This document shows, in pieces, positions 32,640 to 43,700 of a stretch of DNA of 64,000 nt. Numbering within the stretch: the stretch's first letter is position 1; each line of letters starts with the position of its first letter. Below the pieces are notes generated by a model, which did no database searches, was not told the origin of the DNA, and saw only the letters and a program-made list of their open reading frames with translations. Made by a program: the position numbers and the translations under genes. This DNA is from Deltaproteobacteria bacterium (GTDB lineage Bacteria; Myxococcota_A; Polyangia; Polyangiales; Houyiibacteriaceae): contig JAXMNT010000003.1 of NCBI GenBank assembly GCA_034670305.1, positions 160,001-224,000 of the forward strand. Direction: 5' to 3'.

Positions 32640-32667
32640 CCGCCCACCCTACCCCGACTTCGAAACC

Positions 32668-32736
32668 GGCATCGGCATCGGCACCAGCATCGGCATCGGC
32701 ACCAGCATCGGCATCGGCGTCGGCTTCGGCTTCAGG
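32668..32736. repeat. intergenic hexamer microsatellite (ggcatc/ggcttc)n
   Basis: Read directly from the sequence. Confidence 0.85.
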
Positions 32737-32776
32737 CTCGCGTCGAATAGAATGCCCACGGACAGGAGTTGTGACG

Positions 32777-33464
32777 TGATCCCTCAACTGGTCGTAAAGC
32801 TCACCAAGACGTTCGGTCATCCCCCACCGTTCGGCGCGGACGAACTCGCCAAGGTCGAGTTCCTCGCCCTCAACGAGGTGACCGCCCTCGAAGGCATCGA
32901 GCGATGCACGGGGCTGCTCGGGCTCAGCCTCGCCAACGCGCATCTGGAATCCCTCGACGGCCTGGTGGGCGTCCCGACCCTCGAGGGCCTCGACGTCATG
33001 GGCTCGCGCCTGGGCTCCATCGACGCCCTGCGGAAGCTGCCCACCCTCCGAAGTTTCGAACTCGGGAACGTCGGTATCACCGACGTGAGCCCCTTGCTCG
33101 ACATGCCCAAGCTGGGGGCCGCCAAACTGCGCAGCGTGCCGCTGGACGAGGCGTCGCTGCGCGAAGTGATTCCGGCCTGTGCGCACGCGGCCATCGGGTT
33201 CGCGTGAAGGTCGATCCCGAAGAGCTGGTGCTCCTAAACCGCAAGGTCCACGCGCGCGGATGGCACGCCGGATTGTCCGTCGACAACCTCGACCCCGCCG
33301 GATTCGCGTTGATTCGACGCGGCCGCTGGAACGCCGAAGCCTGGCTACACCACGACCTGCGCCTCAGCGCCGCGCAGCTCGAGACCGTGCTCGCCGAGTC
33401 GACCTGGACCCTCGACGACGTCTTCGCCCGCCGCGATTCCGAGGGCCATTACCAGCCGGGCTGA
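32777..33464 (+). pseudogene. leucine-rich-repeat protein with a one-base frameshift near 33177
   Basis: LxxLxL repeats; adding one C at gcctg joins EVIPA to LCARGHRVRVKVDP... through the stop at 33464; may be a sequencing error. Confidence 0.7.
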
Positions 33465-33469
33465 ACGCC

Positions 33470-34513
33470 ATGGACCGCGCGACCAAGAAGCTCCTGTTCG
33501 CGTGCCGAAACGGAAACGCAGCCTGGGCCACCGAAGCGATCTCCGCCGGGGCGGACGTGTGCGCGACGGACGAAGCGGATCGACCGCTGATGGCGCTGGC
33601 GGCCGCGAACGGTCACGCCGCGATCGCGATCGCCTTGCTCGAGGCCGGCGCCGCCCCGGCAGGCGCCGCGGCCGAAGCAGAGCGCGCGGGACACGACGTA
33701 CTCGCGCGCACCATCCGGGACTGGAAGCCTGCGTCCGAAAAGGTGGGCGACCACATCTGGGATCTGGAGTGGGCCCTCTGCAAAGCCGTCGACCAAGGCG
33801 ACCTCCGCGCCGCGACGACGCTGCTCGCGATGGCCATCGATCCGAGCGCCCAGACCCAGCCGCTGTTCCCGATGGCGTGCGCTGCGCGCGACGGGAACCT
33901 CGAGATGATGCGGCTGCTGCACGCGCACTTCAGCCTGCTCCAGCGGCCGAAGTCGAAGTCGCCCCTCTCGTGGGCGATTTGGACCGGCAAGGTCGCGGCG
34001 ATCGAGCTCTTGCTCGAGTGGGGCGCCGACCCAGACGCAGCGGATGGCAATGGCTGGACCCCGATGCACGACGCGGCCGGCCAGACGCGCGTGGACATCG
34101 CGGCCCTCTTGCTCGCCGCGGGCGCCTCACCGCACCTCAGCGACTCGTTCGGCAACACGCCGCTCTCCGTGGCCACCCTTCGTCGGCGAAACACCGCCAT
34201 GGCGAAGTTCTTGCTCGCGCGGGGCGCGCCGGTTCCGCCGGGTCTCGTGACTCGACTCTGCCGCTTCGCGGAAACAGAAGACGCCGACTTGATCCGCGTC
34301 TTGCTCGAAGCCGGCGCCGACCCCGCCGAACGCGTGGACGGCCGAAGTGCGCTGGAACATCTGCGCGCCCGTGGTCAGCACGTTCTTCTGAAGCTGCTCG
34401 ACGCCGCGCTGCACCCGCCACGACAGCCGAACCCTGAGCCTCCGCCCGCTGCGCAGGGGACAGGACGTCCGCAGTCCGCTGGCTTCGACGACCACGACCT
34501 CGATTTCGACTGA
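33470..34513 (+). CDS. ankyrin-repeat protein
   Basis: LLEAGA, GWTPMHDAA, GNTPLSVA, LLEWGADPD. Confidence 0.9.
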   Translation: MDRATKKLLFACRNGNAAWATEAISAGADVCATDEADRPLMALAAANGHAAIAIALLEAGAAPAGAAAEAERAGHDVLARTIRDWKPASEKVGDHIWDLEWALCKAVDQGDLRAATTLLAMAIDPSAQTQPLFPMACAARDGNLEMMRLLHAHFSLLQRPKSKSPLSWAIWTGKVAAIELLLEWGADPDAADGNGWTPMHDAAGQTRVDIAALLLAAGASPHLSDSFGNTPLSVATLRRRNTAMAKFLLARGAPVPPGLVTRLCRFAETEDADLIRVLLEAGADPAERVDGRSALEHLRARGQHVLLKLLDAALHPPRQPNPEPPPAAQGTGRPQSAGFDDHDLDFD

Positions 34514-34535
34514 CCTGCGCAGGTACTCTCCGCGC

Positions 34536-35606
34536 ATGTCGATTCGATGCGTTCTCGCGTTCGCGCTCACCGCGTGTGCGTCCTCGCCCACCCCCGACCC
34601 GGTGACGCCTGCGCCGACCCCCGTCGAGCCAGCCCCTACGGAAGTCCTCCAGCCGACCGTGGCGCACGTTCCGGAGGTCCCGATCCTGGTCTGGCGTCGC
34701 AGCCCGGAGGACTCGGCGGTCGGCACCATCGGACCGCTCACGGGTCCGCCGCTCGTCGATGCCGCCACGGCGCCGGGCTCCGGTTCTCTCGGCCAAGGAG
34801 CCTCCGCGCCGGTCCTCTCGCCGGACGGGCGCTGGGTCGCCTACCTCGACCCGCGCCAGGTACCGCACATGACCCAGACCGCAACCCGCTCGACCCGGAG
34901 TGCACCGCTCCCCGAACCGTGCATCGGGGCGTTTGATGTGTGGCTCTCAGCGTGGTCCAGCGACGGCGCAGGGATCGTCTTCTACGTCGCACCCACCATG
35001 TGCGAGGACTGCGATGCGCCACCGCCCGAGTGCGACGCCGCGGAGGGGTTCCGCTATTGGCCTGTCGACGGCGAAGCACGCCGGGTCGATCTGACCGCCG
35101 TCGACGCGGCCTCCAACCGGGCGGGGTGTTTTCTGTCGGCGCGCGAGCACACGATCGTCGAGGCGTGCGTGGAGGACACCGACGCCCAGCCGGTGCGCAG
35201 CGGCAGCCGCCGGGTGGGTCAGATCTCCACCAGTGGAACAGCGATCGCGTGGATGGAGGGCGACTCCGCCGGGACCGCAATGCTCTCGGGCGACCTCGCG
35301 GTGGGGGAGAACGGCGACGAGGTCGTGGTCGAAGGTGCATGGGCCGAGATCCAATGGCCGATGGCCACCGACGACGCGCGGACGTGGATGCGCCGCGTAG
35401 AGGGCGAGACGCAGTGCGTGATCCGGGTCGGCGACGCCGAACACGAAGTCCCGCTGAGCGGCCACTGGTCGCGCCGCTGGGGCCATGCCGGAACGTTGCT
35501 CTTGGCAGACGGGAGCGGCCTCCGGTCCGTCTCGCTCGCCGACGGGGCGGTCACCGTTCTCTCCGAGGATCCGGTGCATGTCGTCGAGGTCGGAACGGCG
35601 CGGTGA
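34536..35606 (+). CDS. lipoprotein with PD40/TolB-like beta-propeller motifs
   Basis: FALTAC lipobox; PVLSPDGRWVAY, AWSSDGAGIVF. Confidence 0.75.
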   Translation: MSIRCVLAFALTACASSPTPDPVTPAPTPVEPAPTEVLQPTVAHVPEVPILVWRRSPEDSAVGTIGPLTGPPLVDAATAPGSGSLGQGASAPVLSPDGRWVAYLDPRQVPHMTQTATRSTRSAPLPEPCIGAFDVWLSAWSSDGAGIVFYVAPTMCEDCDAPPPECDAAEGFRYWPVDGEARRVDLTAVDAASNRAGCFLSAREHTIVEACVEDTDAQPVRSGSRRVGQISTSGTAIAWMEGDSAGTAMLSGDLAVGENGDEVVVEGAWAEIQWPMATDDARTWMRRVEGETQCVIRVGDAEHEVPLSGHWSRRWGHAGTLLLADGSGLRSVSLADGAVTVLSEDPVHVVEVGTAR

Positions 35607-36451
35607 GCGTGCGCATCAACGACACGCAGATCCCGCACCTCGAACAGTTGATCGAGGCCATCCGCGGCCGAGCCCCCGAGCCGCGGGACCAACTGAACCT
35701 GCTCGAGACCGAGGTCGAGTACGCGCAGCGTCTCGTCCAGACCGATGCGAAGCCCGAGACGTTCATGGCTGCGATCGCCAGGGCCTCCGGTGCAGGGCAC
35801 GCGGCGGCCCGCTGCTGGTTCGATGCGGACCAGGGAATCGAAAAGGAACTCTGGATCCAGGTGCCTGGTTGGCCGCGACGGCGCGTCCCGTCGTGGCGCT
35901 CGACGTTTCTCTCGACCCATTGGCTGACGACGTGGGGGTGCGCGGTCCTCGCGGGCGACGATGCCGCGCGCCGCACCCTCGAGCTGCAAGCGACGCTCGA
36001 GGCGCTTCGGGTCGCGCCGCAGGTCGTGCCCACGGGCTGGCACACCGCCGCCGTCGCACTGAGCCGTCTGGACCAGATGACGACACCCCCGGACCACGCC
36101 GAGCTGCGCCGCTCCCTCAACGCGACGCGACACGCCAGCGCAGTCTATGCGCGGTTGGTCCCGCTCCTCGAGTGCGTCCACGGGTACGTGTTTGCACGCG
36201 TGCACGCCGCGCCCCACCGCTTGGGCAACGCACTCGAGAATGCCTTCCGGGTGCATCGCCAAGCGTTCCGCAACGAACAGCACCTCCCCACCCCGGCCTG
36301 GCCCGTCGAAGCCGCGGCGATCGCCGCCCACGCCGTCCGCACCGAGCTCGTGAAGAAAGAAGACCTCGCGGACCACGACACGATACGCAGCTCCATGGCC
36401 CTGATCACCGCAGATCCCTGCGACGAACCGACGACCGTCTCCTACAAGTAG
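35603..36451 (+). CDS. Imm49-like immunity protein
   Basis: GTGA overlap with the upstream stop; helical pattern WLTTWGCAVLAGD...NALENAFRVHRQAF...AAAIAAHA resembles Imm49. Confidence 0.55.
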   Translation: MSVRINDTQIPHLEQLIEAIRGRAPEPRDQLNLLETEVEYAQRLVQTDAKPETFMAAIARASGAGHAAARCWFDADQGIEKELWIQVPGWPRRRVPSWRSTFLSTHWLTTWGCAVLAGDDAARRTLELQATLEALRVAPQVVPTGWHTAAVALSRLDQMTTPPDHAELRRSLNATRHASAVYARLVPLLECVHGYVFARVHAAPHRLGNALENAFRVHRQAFRNEQHLPTPAWPVEAAAIAAHAVRTELVKKEDLADHDTIRSSMALITADPCDEPTTVSYK

Positions 36452-36600
36452 CCGAGCTTCGGCTCTCGCTTTCGCGTTCGGCGAACTTGAAAGGGAGGGT
36501 GCGTTTCAATCTAATGAACAAGCGGGTGCGTGGCTTCGTACAAATGTGGGTGATGGCAATGCCTCGGTCCAGGGCGACATCGACTATCCTGGGCCCGGTG

Positions 36601-37013
36601 ATGACGCGAAATTGCCTCTCCATCGTTGTTCGAGGCTTGTTGTTGCTGAGCTCACTGGCAACGCTGCCGGCGTGCGACGATTCTGTTTGTGACCGCATTA
36701 TTGACGTGGAAAACAGGACCCGTGGCGGAGTGTGTATACGGGCGAGTGGAACCGAAATCGTCGCAGCACCCGGCTCAGAGGTGCGAGTGAAAGCGGAGCA
36801 AACGCTGACCATTTGGTTGGGTCATTGTTCAGAACCTGGGGGCTTGAAGTAGATATGTGCTCATGGGACGGTAGCTCACGCACGAGACAATGCGGCCTCG
36901 AAGTTGAGGCTGAGATGGTAGAATTGTCGTGTGGTGGTGCGTGGCGGTCATACGACCTAGTTAACGGACAGTGGTCATTGGCAACGGATGCCCCTGCTTA
37001 CGGTCTCCACTAG
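36601..37013 (+). pseudogene. small Cys-rich lipoprotein, frameshifted in a G run (36838-36842)
   Basis: LATLPAC lipobox; lower GC than neighbours; one extra G joins PGG to LEVDMC...YGLH. Confidence 0.5.
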
Positions 37014-37110
37014 AACATGATCCGAATGTGCGGGGCGCTGCTCCGTCCCCGGCGCGCTCCGTCGAAATCATCAACCATCTGCGCAGGCAGCGTGAGAAGA
37101 TTCATTTTCG

Positions 37111-37758
37111 ATGATCAGCGAGTTCTGGTTCCCCGACGCGGGTCGTCCCGATCCGTCGAAGTTGGATGGTACGTGGGATGTTGTGGTCAGTTCCGGGCGC
37201 AAAGTCCTCCTCGTCAGTGCGACGCGTTCGACCGAGTACTGCATTCTGACCGGAACCGACCTCGAAGTTCGCTCGGCCCTCACAGACGGGTTGGTCCGCG
37301 ACGGGGTCTTGGAGGCACAGTCCGCCGGCGCCGTGTGTCGAGTTCAACTCACCGAGCTGGAGCGCTTCGTTTCGAAGAGGACACCAGTGGTGATCCTCCA
37401 CCCGCTCTTGACCTACATCGACGGCGGGCCGGATGTTGTTTCTATCGAACGACGGCTCCAGACGCTTCTCGGGGGCTGGCACGATGGCCTTGTTGGATCG
37501 CTGACGATGTTGGAGCAGTGCGAGGTTATGGAAGCGCAGCTGGAGAACCGGGAGGGGGCCCTGGCGACGGCTGTTGGGGAGCTCGCGTTACTGCACGTGC
37601 ACCCCTACTTTCCGCAGGATGCGCCTGTCTTCTTGGAGCTGATTCGAAGCAACGGTCCAGAGGAAGACCGGCTGGCCAAGTTCGAAGCATGGAACAAGAG
37701 CGTGGACTTCAAGAAGCGCATGTCGTCCTTTATCGGAACAGGGATTTTCGGCGCCTGA
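37111..37758 (+). CDS. hypothetical protein (possible orphan immunity protein)
   Basis: 215-aa ORF with atypical codon usage next to the toxin island. Confidence 0.6.
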   Translation: MISEFWFPDAGRPDPSKLDGTWDVVVSSGRKVLLVSATRSTEYCILTGTDLEVRSALTDGLVRDGVLEAQSAGAVCRVQLTELERFVSKRTPVVILHPLLTYIDGGPDVVSIERRLQTLLGGWHDGLVGSLTMLEQCEVMEAQLENREGALATAVGELALLHVHPYFPQDAPVFLELIRSNGPEEDRLAKFEAWNKSVDFKKRMSSFIGTGIFGA

Positions 37759-37927
37759 GCACCCAGCATTCGGAAGCGATGGCCGTCGCGACTGCTGACC
37801 TTCCGGAGAGTGAGCGCCTCCACGAGCCTGCTGGCCGGTTGTCGCGGGCGATGGAGACGACTGGCCTCGGCGGACGGTGACTCGGTCGGTGTCGCTCAGG
37901 CCGGCGCGCTTCCCGCAGATCCCAGCA

Positions 37928-39603
37928 GATCCGTCCCAGGTGCTCGCAATCAGGTTGGTCTCGTAAGGACCATTTTCGCTGGTGGGCATGTTTCGAAGCA
38001 GGGAGAGCTGCTCTGCGCCGGTCACCGGCGGCCCCGAAAGTCGTGAACGAGACCCAGTTCTGCTCGGCCTGCGCTCGATCTGGGACTGCGGACGCAGCGA
38101 TGCGCCGCGTGGGACTCACGCGGCGTGTTCGCAAACGCGGATGTGGTTACTGGGGTGGGTCGGAAGTCCGGGGTGGTCGGCCGGCAGGTTCGGTCGCGTC
38201 GCCTGACGCGCGTGGTCGACCGCGGCGGGCGTCTCGCATGACGACCACGCGGCGGGCTTCGCTTGGCTGATTCTTGTCGAAGCGATGTCGGACGACCGCT
38301 TCGGGTCGGTCGCTTGTCTCGAGCAGCTCCGCCGGGACCCGCGGGGGCTCCGACACGAACTCCATCGCTTCGGCTCGCACGACAGCCGCGGCCTCGTCCC
38401 TGAACGCGGTGCCGACTTCGGCGAGTACGCGGGCGACTTGTTCGTCGTCGGCTGTGACGGGGTTGAGCCGGAGTTCGGCCTTCACCTCGTCGAGGGTGGG
38501 CTCGGGACCAGTGATGAGCAGGGCCGGATCGGCGGGCTCGACGTCGATCGGGAAGAGCTTCCGCATCTTGTACGTGCCGTACGGAAACGGGATCGGATCG
38601 CCCGCGCGGAGCGCTTTCACGCCAGCGCGGTGGGTGCGCCGAAACGTGGTGACCTCCGTCTTGGCTTGAATGTGCACGCGGCGTCCGTTGATCCCGGAAG
38701 CACCTTGCTTGTAGCTCGGCACGACTTCGCCGCCGGCCGTCCGCCGGGTGCGGGGCTCGCTGTACGGGTGGATGCGCTTGGTGCGTTGCACACCCATCAC
38801 CGGCCACTTGCGGGCCGCGTTCAGAGCTCGGATCGCTTCTCTCTGCAGCCGGCGCATGTAGTAGATCAGCTGGTCGAGATCGCCGTTGAACTTGCGGTAC
38901 AACCGGGCGGGCGGATTGAACCACACGTTGACGTACTCGTCGCGCAGCCTCGGATCGAAGTAGAACTCTGGACGCCGCACGCGGATGGGGATCCCCTTCC
39001 ACAACGAGAAGTCGAACACGAAGCCCGGCATGTCTTCGGGCCGCCTCACGAGACCAGCGGCGACGCATTGCACGGACTCGTAGACGAGGTGGGCGGCCTG
39101 CGCTTCGGCATCGAGCAGCCGCATGTGGTGGGTCGCGCGGTCGTCGAAGATCTGACCCGGCTGGTCGTACCGCTCCCGGCCGAACAGCGTATTGAGCGCG
39201 CAACTCAGCTCGCCATGAAACAGCCGAAGGAACTCCGGGCGCTTCTCCTCGTTGTCGGTGAGGTCGAGGTGGTGGTGGTTGATGACCTTGGTCGCGCAGT
39301 GGAGGGAGACCCCCGTCTGCTGCTGCGCATGCCCCAGCGCGTACAGCCACGCCTGGTCCACACCCGGATGCCAAGGCGCCAGGAACGCCTTCCGAAAGTT
39401 CGTACGACGCGTCAGCGCATAGCTCGCACCGCGTACGACTGGCCGTGCATCAGACACGCTTCGCACAGAGCACACCCCATGCCGTCTCCGTTTCTCGGAC
39501 GTTTCAACGATTTCGGCTGGCGCCCGCCACCCAACCGCCGGCGGCCCGCCACCACCAACGGCTGCGACCCAGGCAACAGACTCTCGAGCACCTGGGACTG
39601 ATC
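37928..39603 (-). mobile_element. HUH (RAYT-like) transposase unit, copy 1, 1676 bp, 19-bp inverted ends
   Basis: Left gatccgtcccaggtgctcg (37928-37946) and right cgagcacctgggactgatc (39585-39603) are 18/19 inverted; same length as copy 2. Confidence 0.85.
38147..39457 (-). CDS. RAYT/TnpA-like HUH tyrosine transposase with long C-terminal extension (436 aa)
   Basis: YALTRRT, INHHHL (HUH), ALN, LVY....VAAGLV..PEDMPG. Confidence 0.85.
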   Translation of the reverse strand: MSDARPVVRGASYALTRRTNFRKAFLAPWHPGVDQAWLYALGHAQQQTGVSLHCATKVINHHHLDLTDNEEKRPEFLRLFHGELSCALNTLFGRERYDQPGQIFDDRATHHMRLLDAEAQAAHLVYESVQCVAAGLVRRPEDMPGFVFDFSLWKGIPIRVRRPEFYFDPRLRDEYVNVWFNPPARLYRKFNGDLDQLIYYMRRLQREAIRALNAARKWPVMGVQRTKRIHPYSEPRTRRTAGGEVVPSYKQGASGINGRRVHIQAKTEVTTFRRTHRAGVKALRAGDPIPFPYGTYKMRKLFPIDVEPADPALLITGPEPTLDEVKAELRLNPVTADDEQVARVLAEVGTAFRDEAAAVVRAEAMEFVSEPPRVPAELLETSDRPEAVVRHRFDKNQPSEARRVVVMRDARRGRPRASGDATEPAGRPPRTSDPPQ

Positions 39604-40741
39604 AGCGCGGTCGCGTGGAGAGGGGTACGCGCTCGGGGTCGACGGCGGCGGGTTTCTGGCCATCGGGTACATCACCAACTTCTCAGACGACGACGGCGGT
39701 TTCGTGCAGCTCGCCAACCCAGGCGGCGCGTTCTTGGGACCGCCGATTCGGGTTGGCGATTCTGTGCCGGGCGTGCTTGGGCTGGTCAGCCCCAGCGGAG
39801 CCGAAGACGGACCGGGCTGGCTCCTCTTTCGATACGACCGGCTGACCACGTTCATCATGATCCGGCACCTGGCGCGCGACGGCACGCTCGGTCCCGAACG
39901 GCGGCTCGGCGACCAAACGACGCGAGAGGTACGGATCTCCATCGACGCGATGGCGGACGGGGGCTTCGTCGCTGCGTGGGAGCAGGCTGTCGGCGGACGC
40001 GACACCGTCCGCGCGCGACGGTTCGATGCGTCGCTTGCCCCCATGGGCCCGTCGCTTCTCGTGCCCACCGTGGAGGACCGCGGTGAGAACTGGCCCGCGG
40101 TGGCAGGCGATGGGGACGACTGGATCGTGGTCTTCGAGAAGGAGATGCGCCGGGAAGTCGTCACGCGGGCAGTCGAGGAGATGCGCATCCGGCGCTACCG
40201 CGGAATCACCCCGCTCGGCCCGCCGACGACCATCGGCGACGCGGTCGAGATCACTCGATGGTTCGTGAGCGGTCTGACGCCCATGAACTCTGCTGCGCCC
40301 GTCGGCGGATTTTCGCTTCGCTTCATGATGGACACGCCCGAGGGCGACTTCGCCCTGCACGAACGCATCGTCACCGCGACCGACATCACGGACCCGACAC
40401 CCATCTACACCGACGCGGGCTACCTCGACATCCAGCTCGTCCCCCGCGCGCCCGCCGATGGCCGCACGATCACCACCGACACCCCGTCGCTCTTCCAGTT
40501 CAGCCTCGCGGCCTACCCCGACGAGTCCGTTCGGTTCGGCGCATACCGAAGCACGGAGCCGCTCCCGATGCGGGAGTCGATGCTGCTCGACGCGGTGTTG
40601 TTCAATGTGCGCCGATCGTTCTCGGTCGGTGAGTCTCCGCGCGGCACGTGGGTCCTTTGGGAGGCCCTACGCTCGCACCCCTCTCCGTCGATCTCGCTCT
40701 TCCTCATGCCGCACGTGACGACGGTGGAGTCCGCAGAATGA
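39604..40741 (+). pseudogene. 5'-truncated beta-rich protein, translationally coupled to the Rhs toxin
   Basis: Open frame runs back to the TGA inside the element's right end; its stop overlaps the toxin ATG (ATGA). Confidence 0.65.
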
Positions 40742-43700
40742 CCGCGAACCAGACATCGGCCGGGCGTCCACACCGGCGCGCCCATTCTCACAGCCACACC
40801 CGTCGTCGCCGCAACCAAGCCGTCGCCGTTCTACTCTCCGTCACGACGTTCCTCAGCGCCGGCGCCCCGCTCGCGGCCAAGGCGCAAGACCACCGCGACA
40901 GCCGCGCGAGCACCCCGTCCTACAACCTGCCGTCGTCCGTCGAGACCCAACGCACCGGCGAAGAGATGCTCCTCGGCGACGACGTCGAAGGCCGCCTCGA
41001 GCACGAGTACATCGACCCGGACGCCACGTCGTTCGGCCCAGGCGGCGAACCCATCCCCCACGAAGGCCTCGATCCCGAAGCCATCGCCCGCATGGAAGAA
41101 GCGGCCGACCTTCCCGATCCCGCCGACCTGCCCGACGGCGCGACCGCCGCCGCACTCCCGACTGGCGAAGCCAAGTCCGCCGTCACCCCCTCGCGCATCT
41201 CCGTCCCGAACGCGGAAGGCTCCATCGAAGGCATGGGCGAGTCGTTCGCGCCCGTGCTCTCGAGCGGCACCGCGACCTTCAGCGTACCCATCGCACTCCC
41301 GGCCGGCCGCGCCGGGGTGCAGCCGAGCCTCGGCCTCTCCTATGCAAGCACGGGCGGCAACTCGTGCGTCGGCATCGGCTGGAACCTCTCCACCCCGATG
41401 ATCCTCCGCCAGTCCGACCGCGGCCTGCCACGCTACAACGACCGCGACCAGTGGCACGTCGAAGAAGACCGCTTCTTCTACAACGGCGGCCAGGAGCTCG
41501 TGCCGGTCGACAACACGGCCGCCTCCATCGTCGACGCGAGCCACGACGGAAGCGGCCCCCGCTACCAGGACACCCACTTCGTCCCAGGCGAGGTCAGCGA
41601 CTGGCAGCAGTACCGCGCGCGCGTCGAGGGCGGCTTCATGCGCTTTTTCCGCAGTCCCGAATCCGACCGCTGGATCGTCCAAGGCAAAGACGGCACCCGC
41701 TTCGATTTCGGCCTCGTCGACACCCATCCCTCGGATCTCGATCCCGAGAACGCGCTCCAAGCCGACCCGGCCGACCCCGCCCGCATCTACGCCTGGCGCC
41801 TCACCCGCATGAGCGATCCGCACGGGTCGACGGTCTACTACCGCTACCTGCAGGACGCGGGCGAGATCTACCCCGAGGACATCTTCTACCTCTCGCCGAA
41901 CAGCTGCGCCGGCGAGCCGGACAGCGCGCGCACCTGCACCGAGCCACTCGCCAACTACGGCGTGCGTGTGCACTTCGACTACGAGACGCGCGCCGACGTC
42001 ACGAGCCGCTACACCGCCGGCCACCGCATCGAGACCGGCCTGCGCCTGAGCCGCCTCGTCGTCACCGCCGCGGACCAAGCCGGCACCGGGCGCTCGCTCG
42101 TACGCCGCTACCACCTCGCCTACGACCCGAGCAGCCACCACTCGTTGCTCGCGTCCGTGCAGGTTGAAGGCCGCCCCGCCGACACTCAGTACGTCGGCAC
42201 CTACTTCGAGCACGACGTCTTCTCGAACGTCTCCGAAGCCGACGCGCTCTCGAGCGGCGCCGTCGGACAGATGCTTCCGGCGATGACCTTCGCGTACACC
42301 GAGCCCCCGTCGCTCGCCTCAGGGATCCCAGGTTTCGGCAGCGTGGACGCCACCGTGCACGCGATCACGAACAGCCCAGACGTCAGCTTCGACGCGGCGC
42401 GCGCGGATCTCTTCGACGTCAACACCGACGGGCTGCCGGATCTCATCGTCACCGACCCGGCCCGGTACCGCACCGCGGGCGGCGAGCCCGCGGTCGGCGT
42501 CTTCTTCAACGGCTTCTCTGGCACCGACGCAAGCCCGGCCGGAGTCGCCGGCACCTTCAGCGCGCCCATCGCCGTGCCGATGCCGAGCCACCTCAGCGGC
42601 ACCCTCAACCTCGGCTCGCAGAACCTGCTCCCGATGGACGTCGACGGCGACGGCAGGAGCGACTTGATGCACCTGCCGCGGCGCGACCGCTACGGCTACT
42701 TCGTCGTCACGCGCGAGAGCGAAGACGTCACCGGTCCGGTCACGAGCCCCGCCGACCAGGGCTGGCGCTTCACCTACGCGCAGGTCGACACCGGCGGCGT
42801 CGATCCCCGCGTCGATCTCGTGCGCGACGGCGCGCGCTACCGCACCTGGGACGTCAACGGCGACCACCTCATCGACATCTCGCGCACCACCGGCACCGTG
42901 ATGCAGACCTGGCTCAACCTCGGCTTCGTGCGGGACCAGGAAACCGGCGAAGGCGCCGAAGGCCGGTTCGGCCGAGCGACGGCCAACGACGACGGCACCT
43001 TCGCCATCGACGCCAGCCCCTACGAGACGTGTCTCCTCCACGACGGCCTGCCCGTCGACTTCTCGGATCCCGAACTCCGCACCGCCGACATGAACGGCGA
43101 CGGTCTCGTAGACATCGTGAAGATCCGCCGCGGCCACGTCGTGTACTGGCCCGGCCGCGGCGTCACCGAGACGGGCGCGCCCGTCTTCGGCGACGGCCCC
43201 CGTCACTGCGCCCGCGGCGAAGGCGACAACCGCGAACGTGTCATGGCGACGCCCCCGGCCGAGCTCAACGTGGATCTCAGCGGCGTGATGCTCGCCGACG
43301 TCAACATGGACGGTGCCACCGACGTGCTCCAGGTGCGTTTCCGGGAGCTCGATGTCTGGTTCAACCAGTCCGGCGAAGGGTTCACCGAACGCGTCACGAT
43401 CGACTCGCCCATGGCCCCAGACTTCGCGCCGCGGATCCGGATGGCGGACATCGACGGCTCCGGCACCACCGACCTCGTCTACGGCTCCTCGTCGCGCTGG
43501 GAGTACCTCGACTTGATGGGCGGCCAGCGCCCACGTCTCTTGCGCGAGGTACACAACGGCCTCGGCGCCGTCACCACCCTCGGCTACGGCTCGAGCGCCG
43601 ACGACTACGTCGCGGACCTGGAGGAAGCGGCCACCTGCTCGGACTGCGAGCCCTTCACGTGGAGCCGCGTTTCCGGCGACTGCGACTCGCGCCTCGAAGA

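Noticed and set aside
33170-36850. Programmed frameshifting or phase variation in the LRR and small lipoprotein genes
   Set aside because: Each is a one-base loss in a short C or G run, best explained by sequencing error or decay; needs read data
38147-39457. TnpB/IscB-type RNA-guided nuclease
   Set aside because: No RuvC, HNH or Zn-finger motifs visible; only HUH/Tyr motifs
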